A stretch of 64,000 nt of DNA, from positions 11,530 to 75,529 of the forward strand of contig MU008226.1 of assembly GCA_010909165.1 (NCBI GenBank). Direction: 5' to 3'. Shown here piece after piece: positions 1-11,672 of this stretch. The translations under genes were made by a program, and so were the position numbers. The stretch's first letter is position 1; each line of letters starts with the position of its first letter. The notes beneath the pieces are model-generated. The model was not told the origin of the DNA. It saw nothing but the letters and a program-made list of their open reading frames with translations, and did not search any database. This DNA comes from Anthoceros angustus (Eukaryota > Plantae > Anthocerotophyta).

Positions 1-95
1 TTGTACGTTGTATCCTGTATGTCTGGCACTCGGCCCTCCGGAAGGCTTAACGTTTCATTGTTTCATTGCATAGTTGTGTTGTTCAAATTTTCGTT
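1..95 (+). repeat. Diverged direct repeat, copy A (partner at ~6260-6385)
   Basis: Shares ordered blocks gtacgttgt-tcct, ccctccg-aa-gcttaacgt-tcatt and ttgcatagttgt-ttgtt-aattt with 6260-6385. Confidence 0.6.
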
Positions 96-599
96 CAAAA
101 TGCCTTTTTAGTTCACATATACCTAAATAAATACTGTAGCGGACATCATCACACTTCGTATCCGTCTCGTTCTGAAACACGGCTCTAACCTTTGGGTTCC
201 AGATGTGGGTCGATTTGTGGCAATCCCCGTTCAGGCGAGACACCAACATCTAGGCGGTGACAGACAATCTGATTCGAGATGAGTTCGTAGCGGATTTGAA
301 GTTGAAGGAAGCATGCTCCAGCATATGCAGATTACTTCACAAGAGCGATGACCTTACGGCTTGCATCTTTTTCTTCTATCTTCTTCTTTGACGAAGTTAT
401 GAAGTGGAAGTAGGTTCGTGATAGATAGAAAGATTTGCATCATCGTATGTTTTGATTATAAGTAAGACATGAAAATGCGATTACATTGCGATTATCACTA
501 CTTCCATTCAATTAGTACTCGGCTAACATGATTTGATGACAAGAGGTTATCAACTTTTTGCCAGCAAATCATCTAAGGAAGGCTGGGCACACACTCTTC

Positions 600-2330
600 T
601 CAAAATAGGGTCCCCTGCACCTTGAGCAAGACCATAGTCTACAAACATGGCTAAACCATCCACAAACATGGCCTAAACCACCAGTGCATAAGGAATCTTT
701 AGGTCATTCCATTGCACGCTAGAAGAGCGAACCACTCTCACTTCAGGGCTTGAGTTTGGAAGTCCTTCATGCATTGGCTTTTACGGACATCTGGTGACAA
801 TTAGTCCACATTTCCTACAAATGCTTGTCAATCTTCTCCCTATATTATGAGGACTCTAATTCCTTCCATCCCTTTTAACCTATTTTTCCAACCCTCGTTT
901 TGACAAGAGGGACAAGGATCTGGCCTCCCCTCTGCCAAAACTTCCTACGAGACTGGATCATTGTGAAACAATCTATCCTGTGGCAGCCTCTACACGCACG
1001 AGCGTCCTCAATTTGTGGATTTAGGGCCATGAATACATCTGAAAACAGGAGGCAAGGGCGGCAGTTCGCAGATCCCTATTTCTTAAGGCTGCAGCGTTCA
1101 ATGGCCTCCTACGGCTAAGGGTTGCGTGGGACTACAGGACACAGGCATGGAAGTCAGCCGAAACCTTGAGACAGGAATTTGGCGTGTCTCTCCAGGGAGC
1201 AAACCGTCTGCGTACCTGGCTAGGTGACTGTTGGATGAGCGACTATACTTGGCCTTACACCAAGACGAGCAGGTCACTGTTGGGTCCTGGTACACTATTG
1301 CCAGGAGGGGCCTGGATTGGAGGTGGCTTCCTGAAGCCGCAGTGTTCTTGGTGATCGAATCGGTGGGCACAGCTGCTGTTTGTCAGGAATTTCAACCTCA
1401 CTGTGATACTGGCATGTTGGTAAGGATTCATAGTCAGGTAGTGGTTGCAAGCCGATTTCTTATTCCTATCAAGGTCTTGCACGGCGGGCAGGACCTGGCA
1501 GCTTCAGGAAGAAATTCCTCAGGGGACTCTCAACGGTGGGTCTTCCAGTTTGCAAGGCTTGAGTCTGTACCACTGGCAGAACTCTCAACAACCATTGATG
1601 GATGGTGGTGGCCGCACCGACGACGTACACATGCGCAACCCAACCGGTCTCTACTGAATTATGTGTGGGGATATCTACCATCGGCTTATTTATACCATTC
1701 GTCAGAAAGTGAGTCATGGTACCAGAATTGCTCCTAGGCTCCACTTATCCCGACAGCTGCAGTAGGTGGTGCTTCACATGTTATGGAAGAATCCAGGTAT
1801 TCCACCAAAAGCCCAGGGCACCGCATGGCAATTCTTACAGGCTGCCCTCCCGAATGCAATCGTTGGGATGGCTTGTTCCTTGCCACAGGAACGGAGCACT
1901 GCTCATTATGCACAACTGGGGAGCTCACAAAAGCCAACACATCTTCTTCCACTGTCGTCTCCCTAAAATGGTTTGGGACAGGATAAACAGGTGGATTCTT
2001 CGAACCAGACCATCATTACCACCTGCCTTGTAGGAGCGCACTGCCCTTTTGGTCTTCACCCAACCAGGAACGCCCTCTTGGTCAAGGGACAGTGGTGGCC
2101 TGTCCTGTGGTTCATCATTCTTTTCATGCATAATGGAGAAACTGGACACCGGTGGTTTATGGTGGGCAAGATTTAGCAACTGACAAGAGACTCCTGCGCT
2201 CAATCTGGGAAGCCACTACGGTGGCAGGCGCTGAGGTGTTGCTCCATGTAATTCGGTTCGGGGCTCATATGGCAGGCATGAATTGGAGCTTATCACGCGG
2301 GCTCGGGGAATGGCAGCTCAAGGCGGATCA
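600..2330 (+). mobile_element. L1-clade LINE ORF2 C-terminal remnant (post-RT region and zf-RVT), frameshifted; boundaries approximate
   Basis: Fragments EHCSLCTTGE...HIFFHCRLPKMVWDRINRWI (zf-RVT CxxC...HxFxxC...VW pattern) at ~1890-2000, LWFIILF at ~2100, QAWKS at ~1145. Confidence 0.6.
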
Positions 2331-2736
2331 TCGATTAGCCGAGAGAGTGTCGAGCAGGCGCCCAGCCCTCGCTGCGTCTCATCTCTGCTGTCCACGACAT
2401 AAAGGATGTGGAGCTCAGATTTCGCCAACAGGCTAACCATTTGTCCATGGATTTGGTGCACGCAGATTTTGCAGTGGGTGTAATGGAAGGACTTTGTTGC
2501 AAGCTTGGACTCCAACAGCTGTCCGCGGGTTGCTGGCCTCCCCAGACATACATCGATTTTCCAACTCGCGGAAACTGTGCTCGCACATGATGATCCTGCC
2601 GAGGAGCATGCGACCATTCCGCCGTGCTCTCCACGGCAGGTTGGCTGTGGCAGTTCCTGGATGAGGATAGGGCTTTCAACGGGCTGGAGCACGACATGGA
2701 GCCTTCTCTGTCACCTCTCTAAGGACCGAACAAGGA

Positions 2737-3655
2737 GTGGTGCTCGCCAATGGTCCGAGCCGGAAGTCCGGAAACCTTTGGAGTCCCTTGTGGACCACCG
2801 CAATCAGGTTCTGGTGGACCAGGTTCGGAATGGAATTCCGATCTCCGACGTTTCGCAGTTGGTTCTGGATCCATCACACTGGAAGTTGGATCAGCATCTG
2901 CTGGAGGAGTGACGAGATGTGCACCCTTGGAAGCCTTGCAAGCCAGAAGCATTCGAGTTGATTTCAGGTCTGGAAAAGCTGCTGTTTGACGAATCTGTTG
3001 AGTTCACTGAAGTTGAGGGTGAACAGGTAGCTTCTCTTGACGCAGATGAAGCTCAATCGATGTACCAGGCCGATGGGGACGGGGAAGGTGGAGGCTTTTT
3101 GCACTGGTGACTGGCCAACGGAGAGCCATCAGGAAGTACTCCTCCACTTTCTAAACCGCGCTTACATCAATTGGAGGACTGTAAGGTGTCCGGTGGAAGT
3201 TTTGCCGGGAGTGGCGGTCTTGCTGGAGCGCAGTCTCCACGAGCGGCTCCGGAGCCTGGTTGAGGAAGAGATTTACACCCTGCATTGTTGGAGTTGAAAG
3301 AACACCCCATTTCGAGGATTGATGGGGTTTATTTCCCATATGGCTCGCTTGCACTCCTCGCTGAATTTGGTGTGTGTGGAGTTTGATATGTTACGAGACG
3401 TGTACCGAAGCCTGCGGAAGATGGTGCTGGACATGGGCCGGTGCTGGACATGGGCCGGTGCCGGACTGCCCTGACGGGATTCGAACTTCCCGTTCAGATC
3501 TTGGGGGAGGATGGACGTCTTCACCCAGTCTACATCACTCACCTCATGCCGACATAACATTCGCGGGGAGATGGAAGGACGTCATTTCCAAAATCCAGGG
3601 GGGTGGCCTCCTCCCCATGGAAGTTCGGCCTCCCCGATTATCTGTAGACGGGTAG
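2737..3655 (+). pseudogene. Degenerate ORF of unknown family, about 300 aa when stitched
   Basis: Protein-like segments in successive frames (WSEPEVRKPLESLVDHRNQVLV..., HPWKPCKPEAFELISGLEKLLFD..., WPTESHQEVLLHFLNRAYINWRTVRCPVEVLPG...); no family recognised. Confidence 0.3.
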
Positions 3656-4112
3656 CATGGGTGCGCAGTAGGTAGGAACAGCTTGGGTTCGATTGACGAC
3701 CCGGTTGAGGGAAAGAAGAGAATGACACCACAAGAAAGAAAGATGCAGTACAGTTCCTCAAAAGTGTATGTACAAGTGTAATGAATCTTTGTAAGTTAAC
3801 CACATGCATTGCGTGACGGAGAAACGTCGAAATGGAAGACAGAAACGTGCGAAACAATGCCTGTGCACACGAGTCGTGAATCGTAACTCGAGTGCCGTGC
3901 ATGCTGGAGGGTCTTGGATTCAAAGCATTCATCACCCTCCTCCCGACCGGTCGGCCAGCGTCTCCACCTCGCGCCACATTTTGAGGTCTGGATATCTTCG
4001 ACTCCTTGCACGCCGTTGTTCCTCGCAACTTGCGATCGCGTCTTCACCTTTGCGCCCTGCCACAGCTTGTTTGTGAGTACTCTTCCTTCTCTACACCAAG
4101 AAGCGAATCAGC

Positions 4113-4274
4113 ATGAATCATACGGTCAGGCTGCTGCTCGCCATTTTCGTAATGATCTTTGGCGCCCTTTGCGCTGTGTGTTGTCTTTTCGCCGGCAATT
4201 TCAAGAAAACAGCCTGTTGCCCCGGATCCGCAACCCGCAGCCGTAGCCTCAGCCGGGGCCTGAGGTCGTACTGA
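4113..4274 (+). CDS. 53-aa small ORF with one hydrophobic helix and Cys clusters
   Basis: Hand translation: MNHTVRLLLAIFVMIFGALCAVCCLFAGNFKKTACCPGSATRSRSLSRGLRSY*; below the ORF-track cutoff. Confidence 0.35.
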   Translation: MNHTVRLLLAIFVMIFGALCAVCCLFAGNFKKTACCPGSATRSRSLSRGLRSY

Positions 4275-5130
4275 AATTGTGTGTACAAGTATTCTTGGTA
4301 GCGTACCGGAACCTTGGCTTCGACTTAGCTTTACACTCCGGGGCAAAGCGGCTCCGCAGCATCATACTATATCCTCATTTGCGCCCTGCTGCGTGGTTTG
4401 ATCATATCTTGAATCAAGGCTTTGAAATCTTCCGCCGAGAATTTGCTTTTCATTTGCAGTGGAGCATTTTGCGTTTAAGATCTCGAAGGCCTCATTTGGT
4501 ATGACAGTGTGCTGTGGAATTAATTCTATGCAATGCCTGACTGTGAGTTCACAAGTACTCAGGTTCTGTCCCCTGGTCAGGCGAAGATGCTAACCAAGGA
4601 GTGGCGTTCTGTGATGATTGCCAATGGCAGGAACTCTGATTCCGTGCTAGGGCCTTTGCTTTTGCGGAACTGTTGTTGACATCCTTTACTGCCAGTTTCC
4701 GCTGCACTTCAATCGATATGCTTCCATGACTCAACTGCCTTGTATAGCCAAACGGCTGGCAGTAACGCTGGTGCTCACAAGTTGAAGGTGTGAACCCCTT
4801 GAAATTTTGTGTGGCCGTAGGGTTGAAGTAGTCCCAATTCGCGATAGGATCATAGTCACTGCATCAAGTTGATCAGCATTCTGCCGATCCTACCTAACAT
4901 GTGTCACCGTGAGGGCCATTGTAAAACTCTCACAGACATTGTGTTCCGATATTTGCTAAACTGTGATCTGTGTTTCATTTGCTGCTGTCCAGTTTCTTAT
5001 GGCAAGGCTTGCGAAGTGAGCGAGGGAAGATTAACCGTATTCTCCAGATACCAATGTCTTTGGGAAATTCCTCACACCGGCTGGCTGTTGGATAGAATAT
5101 GCGACTGTGCCGCCGTGGCTTGTTGTTCAA

Positions 5131-6118
5131 ATGCACGCCAGACCCGTTTTATGCTGCCTGAACATTCTCCTGATCGGCTTCGCAGCAACTACCATTGGAG
5201 TTCTATTCTGGTTGGAGCATGGCTCACCCAGGTTTCCATCATATGTTCCGATGGCGGTCTCAACTTTCTATGTCACTTCAGGCTTCTTCGGTTGTGTTGC
5301 ACAATTTCGGAGGGGCTGCCGAAGGACACATTGAAGTTGTTTCTGTCTCCTTCCTCCTTTCAGTGGGAGTCTTTCTCTTTATGACGCTGCGCAAGGACGT
5401 TGTGGTCCGTCTTCTTCTCCGATCTGGCCAGAACACCGTCAATGCAGCTTCTGAAGTGGTTCTCTTCTGCCAAATCACATTCTTCCTTATGATAGTGTCA
5501 CAAACCGCTGTCGTTTTGTCCAATTGCTTTTGCGACAAGCATAGAATTCGCCGGAGAACAGGTCAAGAGAGGCGGAGCGTCCGTTGGTCACGCGGCTTTA
5601 ACGATTGCCAGGCACACAGATTCCACATCCAGGCCCGGACCTATGCCATCCTGTAGGATCGAAATTAGCACGACTAATGACAGGGTATTTCGCGCTTCAG
5701 ATGTTTCGGTACCAGGTTCTGGGTTCCCTCTGGACGATTTTCGGCTGGCTCAACATCGTCGGGAGATGTCCCATGGGCCAGAGATTCAGCAGGAAGTCGT
5801 GCTGCGGAGATTTTTGCAAGGGAAACGGCGCCAATGCCTTTTGGTCCGAGAGCAGCCAGAGTGACGAAGGACTTGCAGGTGGAAAAGATGCGGCAATTAG
5901 CCAACAACTCAAAGCGACAATATACACCAGAGTCTGCGGGTGGATACTCAAGCACAGAGACCGTTCCAGATGTGGAATTTGAGATCTCGTCCCTCAGCAG
6001 CACTGAAGCGGATGATGATGCCGACAGCGTGTACTCTGCGCTGTCAGATATCCAAGGTGGTCAAAGCACGGCAGAAAGTCCATCGACAGGAACTGGCTCG
6101 TCCGACGCTAAGCAGTGA
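5131..6118 (+). CDS. Four-TM membrane protein (tetraspanin-like topology) with Ser/acidic tail; needs 2-3 frameshifts (pseudogene or assembly error)
   Basis: Hydrophobic stretches LNILLIGFAATTIGVLFWL, YVPMAVSTFYVTSGFFGCVA, IEVVSVSFLLSVGVFLFMTL and VVLFCQITFFLMIVSQTAVVLSNCFC; frame switch near 5325. Confidence 0.55.
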
Positions 6119-6259
6119 AGATGAAATAGGATGCCGGACCCTGAGTTCTTTTGCGTTTCAGTAAGGGCCGATTGGATCCCTCCTCGAATGACGATCGAAA
6201 CTCGAGTCGAACGTAAGAACCGTTGGTCTGATAAGGGTGTTCGCATTTGTCTACGTTTC

Positions 6260-6385
6260 ACCGTACGTTGTGTCCTCCATCTCTACCCTCCGAACAGCTT
6301 AACGTCTCATTACATAGGTTTTAGTGAAAGGAGCCGGATATATTTCCTTGCATAGTTGTATTGTTGGAATTTCCGTATGGAACAT
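6260..6385 (+). repeat. Diverged direct repeat, copy B, downstream of the four-TM ORF
   Basis: Block similarity to positions 1-95. Confidence 0.6.
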
Positions 6386-6744
6386 CGATCTGGTCATCGT
6401 TATACAAAGGTTTTATCGAGGGTTACATAATAATATTTCCTTCGCAGAAAACTTCATAGGTCACACATTTGGCGACATCGGCCCCCTATGTACCAATGTG
6501 GTCGGGTGTGTGAAGAATCTTTTACGTCACGATACACATGTTTTCTTTCTTAGGGTTGTGGGAACATTGGCGCTTGCACATTTCTGAGCATTCATTTGAC
6601 TAACCCTCGCGAACTTGAGCCATAAATTACGGGACCCATAAGCCCCTGCAACATCCATGTGCCCTTAAGCAACCTTGAGCACCCTTAAGCGACATTTAGC
6701 GCACCTTCAGTGTGAGGAAACACACTCTTGAACATGTAATCCTA

Positions 6745-6832
6745 AACCCCAGCCATTGATTTGGACACTTGATGAGCCGTTACATCTATAAGCCATCGAT
6801 TTGGACACGATGGCGAGCCGTTACATCTATAT
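6745..6832. repeat. Two ~42-bp tandem units
   Basis: agccat(t/c)gatttggacac...gagccgttacatctata occurs twice. Confidence 0.85.
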
Positions 6833-6884
6833 TCATCTAACATGAGCAAATATCCGGAGCCTTTGCTGGCGATTGAGACATGTC

Positions 6885-7062
6885 CAACAAACATGTGCAT
6901 GTGTGTTCAAGACATGTAAACATGTGTACTTGTGTAAGAAAAACCCAAGTTGTGCATGTGTGCAGAAAGCAGAAACATGTGTAGTGCAAGAAAAACCCAA
7001 GTTGTGCATGTGTGTTCGAGCAAGCGACATGTGTACTTGTGTAAGAAAAACCCAAGTTGTGA
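6885..7062. repeat. ~50-bp tandem repeat, 3 copies
   Basis: acatgtgta...aagaaaaacccaagttgtg repeated. Confidence 0.85.
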
Positions 7063-7440
7063 GACATAGAGTTCTATACGGTCCGTCATGCGATAATGTG
7101 AAACATATAAGATGAAGGAATCTTGAAGATGCCGAGGCATGTAAGTGTAGAATATTGGTGAAAAAAAGGTTGTCACGCATGCCACCGGTGATGACTTCAA
7201 TATTCCATACTATGTTATTATAAATGGTTTCTATCGATGTAAATATTTTCCCCAAAAAGCATTCAAACCGTTGTAAATATTTGTCCCCAAAAAAATGCAA
7301 ATCATTATAAACCTTTTCCCGCCAAAAAATTGTAAAAGCTATTGTTGTAAAATAATAATAAAATTTATTCAAATACTGCCTACAAAACTAAACAAGGGTA
7401 GGGATATTTGCAGAGTCATACTGTTAACATTCTCAATGAT

Positions 7441-7590
7441 GAATACATTTGCCTAGTCTGTGGATGTACATTTGCCTAGTCTGTGGATTTTTATTTGCCT
7501 AGTATATGGATACACATTTGCCTAGTCTATGGATACATTTGCCTAGTTTGTGGATACATTTGCCTACTCCGAGGATGCATTTGGCTAGTT
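7441..7590. repeat. ~21-bp minisatellite, ~7 units
   Basis: atacatttgcctagtctgtgg-type units. Confidence 0.9.
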
Positions 7591-8496
7591 TGTTGCAAGA
7601 ACTTGGTCAAAACATCGAAAGGTTATTATAAGAAGTCACCGAGACTACGAGGTCGGGTTCATATCCGGAAGATACTTTGCCATCAAGATCACGTCTCTAA
7701 CAACCATGAAATCTATGAGACATCCACATCAAGTTCTTGTAAAGTGATAAATGAGCCTGGTGATCTTGTGCAAGAAGCTTACTAGGCGTCAATAGCAATA
7801 GCTTGGGAAAGCAGCAAGCTTCAATGAGCATCAAGCTCCAATTAGCATATGCAATTTATGTGTTATCTTCATATGCAAAGCACCGAGTCCATAGTCTCCC
7901 ATAACCGATGATGTCTTCTCTTCTCATAGCATCACCGTGGCGCGACTTTTTGCCGCCACCGGGCTCGCACAATCCGTGTTGCTGTAGGAAGGAGTCTGCT
8001 CAAGGGAACAGACTCCGCTTGCGGCTTCAAAGTATTCTCCCTTACTTTACGCCCGGTCCCAACGCACTTAGTAGTTCACGCCTAACTACTCGCAAACACC
8101 GACAGCGTGATGGCTAAACGTTTATGACCTGTCATCGCTCCGCTCCTGCCTCCTCACACTCTCGCCACCTCTCCACTCACACTACACTTATCGCCTTAAG
8201 ACGCTGGTTACATGCCCTGACCTCCGCTGCTCCACTGGCCTCCGTCCGGCACAGACGCCTCAAGTCCTCCGGCTCACACCCGCCCGTCCGCTCGGCTGGC
8301 CGCGGCTCGACGAGCACGGGTCCCCGCCACCTTCCCCGCACACACCACAACACGTTAGGTCCGGCCACTGTGACCTCGATCGATCCTCCTGTCGCCGGCT
8401 CGCTGACTCAGACTCACGTTATCGCAAGAAGACACAAGGTCTGCAAGAACGCTGCATCAACACCAAGGAAAGATGATTTATTCAGGCAGCCCCTTT

Positions 8497-8504
8497 CTCT
8501 TATA
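8497..8504 (-). promoter_or_regulatory. LTR TATA box (TATAAGAG); also present at 18014-18021
   Basis: Conserved in both LTRs, followed by AATAAA, ~560 bp from the LTR 3' end. Confidence 0.55.
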
Positions 8505-8999
8505 CTACGCCTAGGTCGGCGCCTTTATTACACCCCTATTCCGAAATGACGGCACCAAGATGCCCTAATCGGCCTACCATCCTATTTCCTCCCCTATCTC
8601 CTTCGGCTGGGCTGGAAGGTCCCGGTTCCCTTGGGATTGGTGGTCCAATCTCCGCCCGACAATGGCAAGACCCTAATCGGATGATCCGCGAGGCGGACCC
8701 TCCTTTCTCCGAATCGCCGTTGGTTACGGCGGGCGGTCCGACGACCGCTACTACAACGTCATCCTCCTCGGCCTTCCTGGGTCCCTCCTGGGGCCACCGC
8801 GCCTCCCTAGCGTAAGGGGGCTCCATCGCCGAGTCCGGACCTCGAGGTCCGGTCTCGACTCCGAGTCCGAACCCAAGGGTCCGCTTATTTCCCGAGTCCG
8901 ACCGGCTGGGTCCGGCCTCGGGGTTCGGACCTCGGTCCGAGATTACCGGGGTCCGATCCAAACTCCGACTCTTCCGTGGACCTCAGATCGCTAGGTCCT

Positions 9000-11672
9000 C
9001 CTCCTACCCCCGACCCTTGTCTTGGTCCGGTTGGCTCTCTCTTGCACCGCAGCCCCTCACCCCTTCTCCGACGGGGTGGTGAACTTACCTTGGGGTCCGC
9101 TGCCCCGCCTCCTCTGGGCTCCTCCTCGCCGTCGTTTCCAAACAGGCCCCTAGGGTCCTGGCCCCTGCCCCCTTCTTCCTCCGAGCCTTCCAGGTCCGCC
9201 TATTGGCAGGGCGCCGAGGCCTCTACCGCCTGTGGAGCTCGGTGGTAATAGGCAAAGTCCGAATCCACTTGCCGGATTGCCTCTTCCACGGTGCCCGAGC
9301 ACTACTCCTTCGCCATAGGTGCTCCGGAGCCGAGCCTGCTGCCGCTTGTTGCTCCACCTCCCCGCCAGTTTGATAGCCGGAGCCGGCCGCGAGGTCCAGC
9401 TGCCGCCTCACCTCCCGTGCCGCCGTGCTCCACTTGCTCCAACTCCTCCGCTCGCTCCGCCACCGCTTGCCCGCCATAACGCAGCTGCCCTTCCGACTTC
9501 CTCACCGACCAGCTGTCTGCCTCGCCGCCCCGCCTTTTGTCCATTCTCCAACTCCGCCATCTCCCGCCTCCAGACGGCCGCAACATGCCAGATCGGGCTT
9601 CACCCTTCTTCCATCTCGGCGACGCCCCGCCTCCTGCTCCATCGCCATCGACTGGCCCGCCAAGAGCCGCCGATTTTCCGTTCACACCATGTCCCGCACT
9701 ACCATTCCTCTCAATGATAGTTTGAGTCAGCCCAAAGTCTCCTTGGTCCTCCATCTCCGCCGCCACCTCCCGAGCCGAGTCCGAGATCCTCCACCTCCTT
9801 GTCGCGAACTTCGGGCCGGGTCCGCTGCCCACCTCCGCCTCCATCTTCAGCAGAGCCGAGGAGCCTATCTCCGTCAAGTCCCTGGATTCTCCCATTGAGA
9901 ATTCCTTGCCCGACGCCTTGGAGTTGTAACCCAAGGTGTCCCGTCCTCCAACTCCGCCTCCCCCTTCTACCTCCTGCACTGCCTGAGGTCCCGATTTCCG
10001 GCCGGCCTCAGCCACCGTGCTTGCTCCGCCACCGCTCGGCCTTCGATTGGCCGTGGCCTCTCGCCTCCACCGGCCCGATCACTGATAGTGATCGCGATCG
10101 GCCTCGCTGGCCTCCGCCTCCTGGCCACCTTCACCGAGCCTCCAGCCTTGGTCCGGCGGCCTCCGCCAGTCCGCCTGCTCGCGCGCCCGCTCCTCGGCCA
10201 CGCCTGCAGAGGTCCTCCGCCCGCTGGGCCTTGGCCTCGCTCACCGCCTCCTCCACTGAAGGAATTTGGTCCGGCCTGCGGATGGACCAGACTCCTCCTC
10301 GCCTCCGCCTCAATCCGGCCGAGCTTCGCCTTCCTTCTCGCCTCCGGCTCCTCCAACTGCCTCGGAGGAGTACCATGCGCCCGGTGGCTTCTACCTCCGG
10401 GTCTTCGCCATCCCAGAGACCAGCATACCGTCCATGACGGTAGCTGTGACCCGCCGTGTTTCTTCCACGGCCGCCGTGGTGAGGCTCCCACAAAGTCCGT
10501 GAGCGCATCTCACGGTCCGCCAAGGACCTCCATACACGTCCGAGTAAGTCCGACTGGTCCGGACCTAATCAGACCCTTAGGTCCCGAGCCGAGCCCCGAG
10601 CTTCCCCTCCTTGGCCCTTTTGGCCGCGAGCTCCTTCTTTTTCTCCCGGGCTTGAGGAGGTGAGGGAGTCCGGAGCAAGCCTTTTGCCCTTCCGGCGATG
10701 ACCGGCCTGCGGCCGCTGCTGTCCTCCCGCCTCGGGCTCCCTTTTCTCGCCTCCCATCGCTTCCTCCGCTTTTACCCTGCAAGGTGGAGGTACCGGCACC
10801 GACGAGCCACAGCTGGTCTTGGCTCCTCCCCGTCCGGGCTCCTCATGTGTGGGCTGGGCCGCCTCGCTGGCGCCTGGTTGCACAGAGGAGGGAGGGAATT
10901 TCTTCCCATACTCGGGTGGGGGTCCGCCTGACGATGGAGTCCGGAATCCTCCCGCCGCCCTCCTCCCGAGTCCGCTTTTGACGATCGGCCTCCTCCCGCC
11001 TTGCCGCCCACTTCCAGGGCCTCCCCTTTTCCCGAGCGCTGCTCCTTCCTGAGGAGCAAATGCCCCCATACATGGATCGTGATGGGGATGCCCAGATGGC
11101 GGGGCTTCTGCCCCGAGCTTATGAGCCTCGCTAAACCGGGCGAAGATAATCCTTCCTCACCCGCCTCTTCCTCCGCAGCATGCAGAATACTAGATTATCA
11201 CCAAGGTGATCCACCTTGGTGAGTAGGTTCCAGTGGACATGATCCGCCACCGCCTTACTCGATCCAACAGTCGGATATCACCAACCACAGGGTCCGCTGC
11301 CCTGTGCCTCAGATCGCTGGTCGGCCCTATCTTCCCTTCGCCTTGAGGGGCTCGCACCACTCCCCTCTTCCTCCTTTGGGCTAGGCCTGTGACCTCCAAG
11401 GTCCATCGCCTTGGGGTCCTCCCGAGGTTCTTGGACCGCACCTCCTTATTGACCAAGATCTTCCGCGAACTGACAGTGACAAATGTCCGACCATCCGAAC
11501 ACATCCAAATGCCACTCCCGCACCAATTCTCCGCTCCGGAGCTGTGGCCCAAAGTCCGGATAGCGCGGTCACAATGTTGCGCCCACAAGGTTCCATGGCT
11601 CCCAAACTTCCGCAGGCTTTTGGGTGCCATCGCCTTCTCCTCCTTGGTGAGCCGCTTGTGGAGACCGCGCAC
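9000..11672 (-). pseudogene. Degenerate additional ORF inside U3 of the 3' LTR (copy at ~18650-21290)
   Basis: MRGLHKRLTKEEKAMAPKSLRKFGSHGTLWAQHCDRAIRTLGH...WNLLTKVDHLGDN... with the same peptides recoverable in both LTRs; family unknown. Confidence 0.5.

Noticed and set aside
3423-3466. 17-bp tandem duplication ggtgctggacatgggcc
   Set aside because: Simple slippage or assembly stutter with no further structure.
4000-6000. Minus-strand KDZ/CACTA transposase
   Set aside because: No catalytic motifs recovered; the plus strand gives more coherent membrane-protein sequence.
6833-7372. 179-aa minus-strand ORF and overlapping ORFs
   Set aside because: Produced by tandem repeats and AT-rich sequence.
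7441-7590. CRISPR-like array
   Set aside because: Units are contiguous with no unique spacers, there are no cas genes, and the context is eukaryotic.
7931-7935. TSD of the Ty3 element
   Set aside because: Flanks ATCAC and AATAC do not match cleanly; left unresolved.
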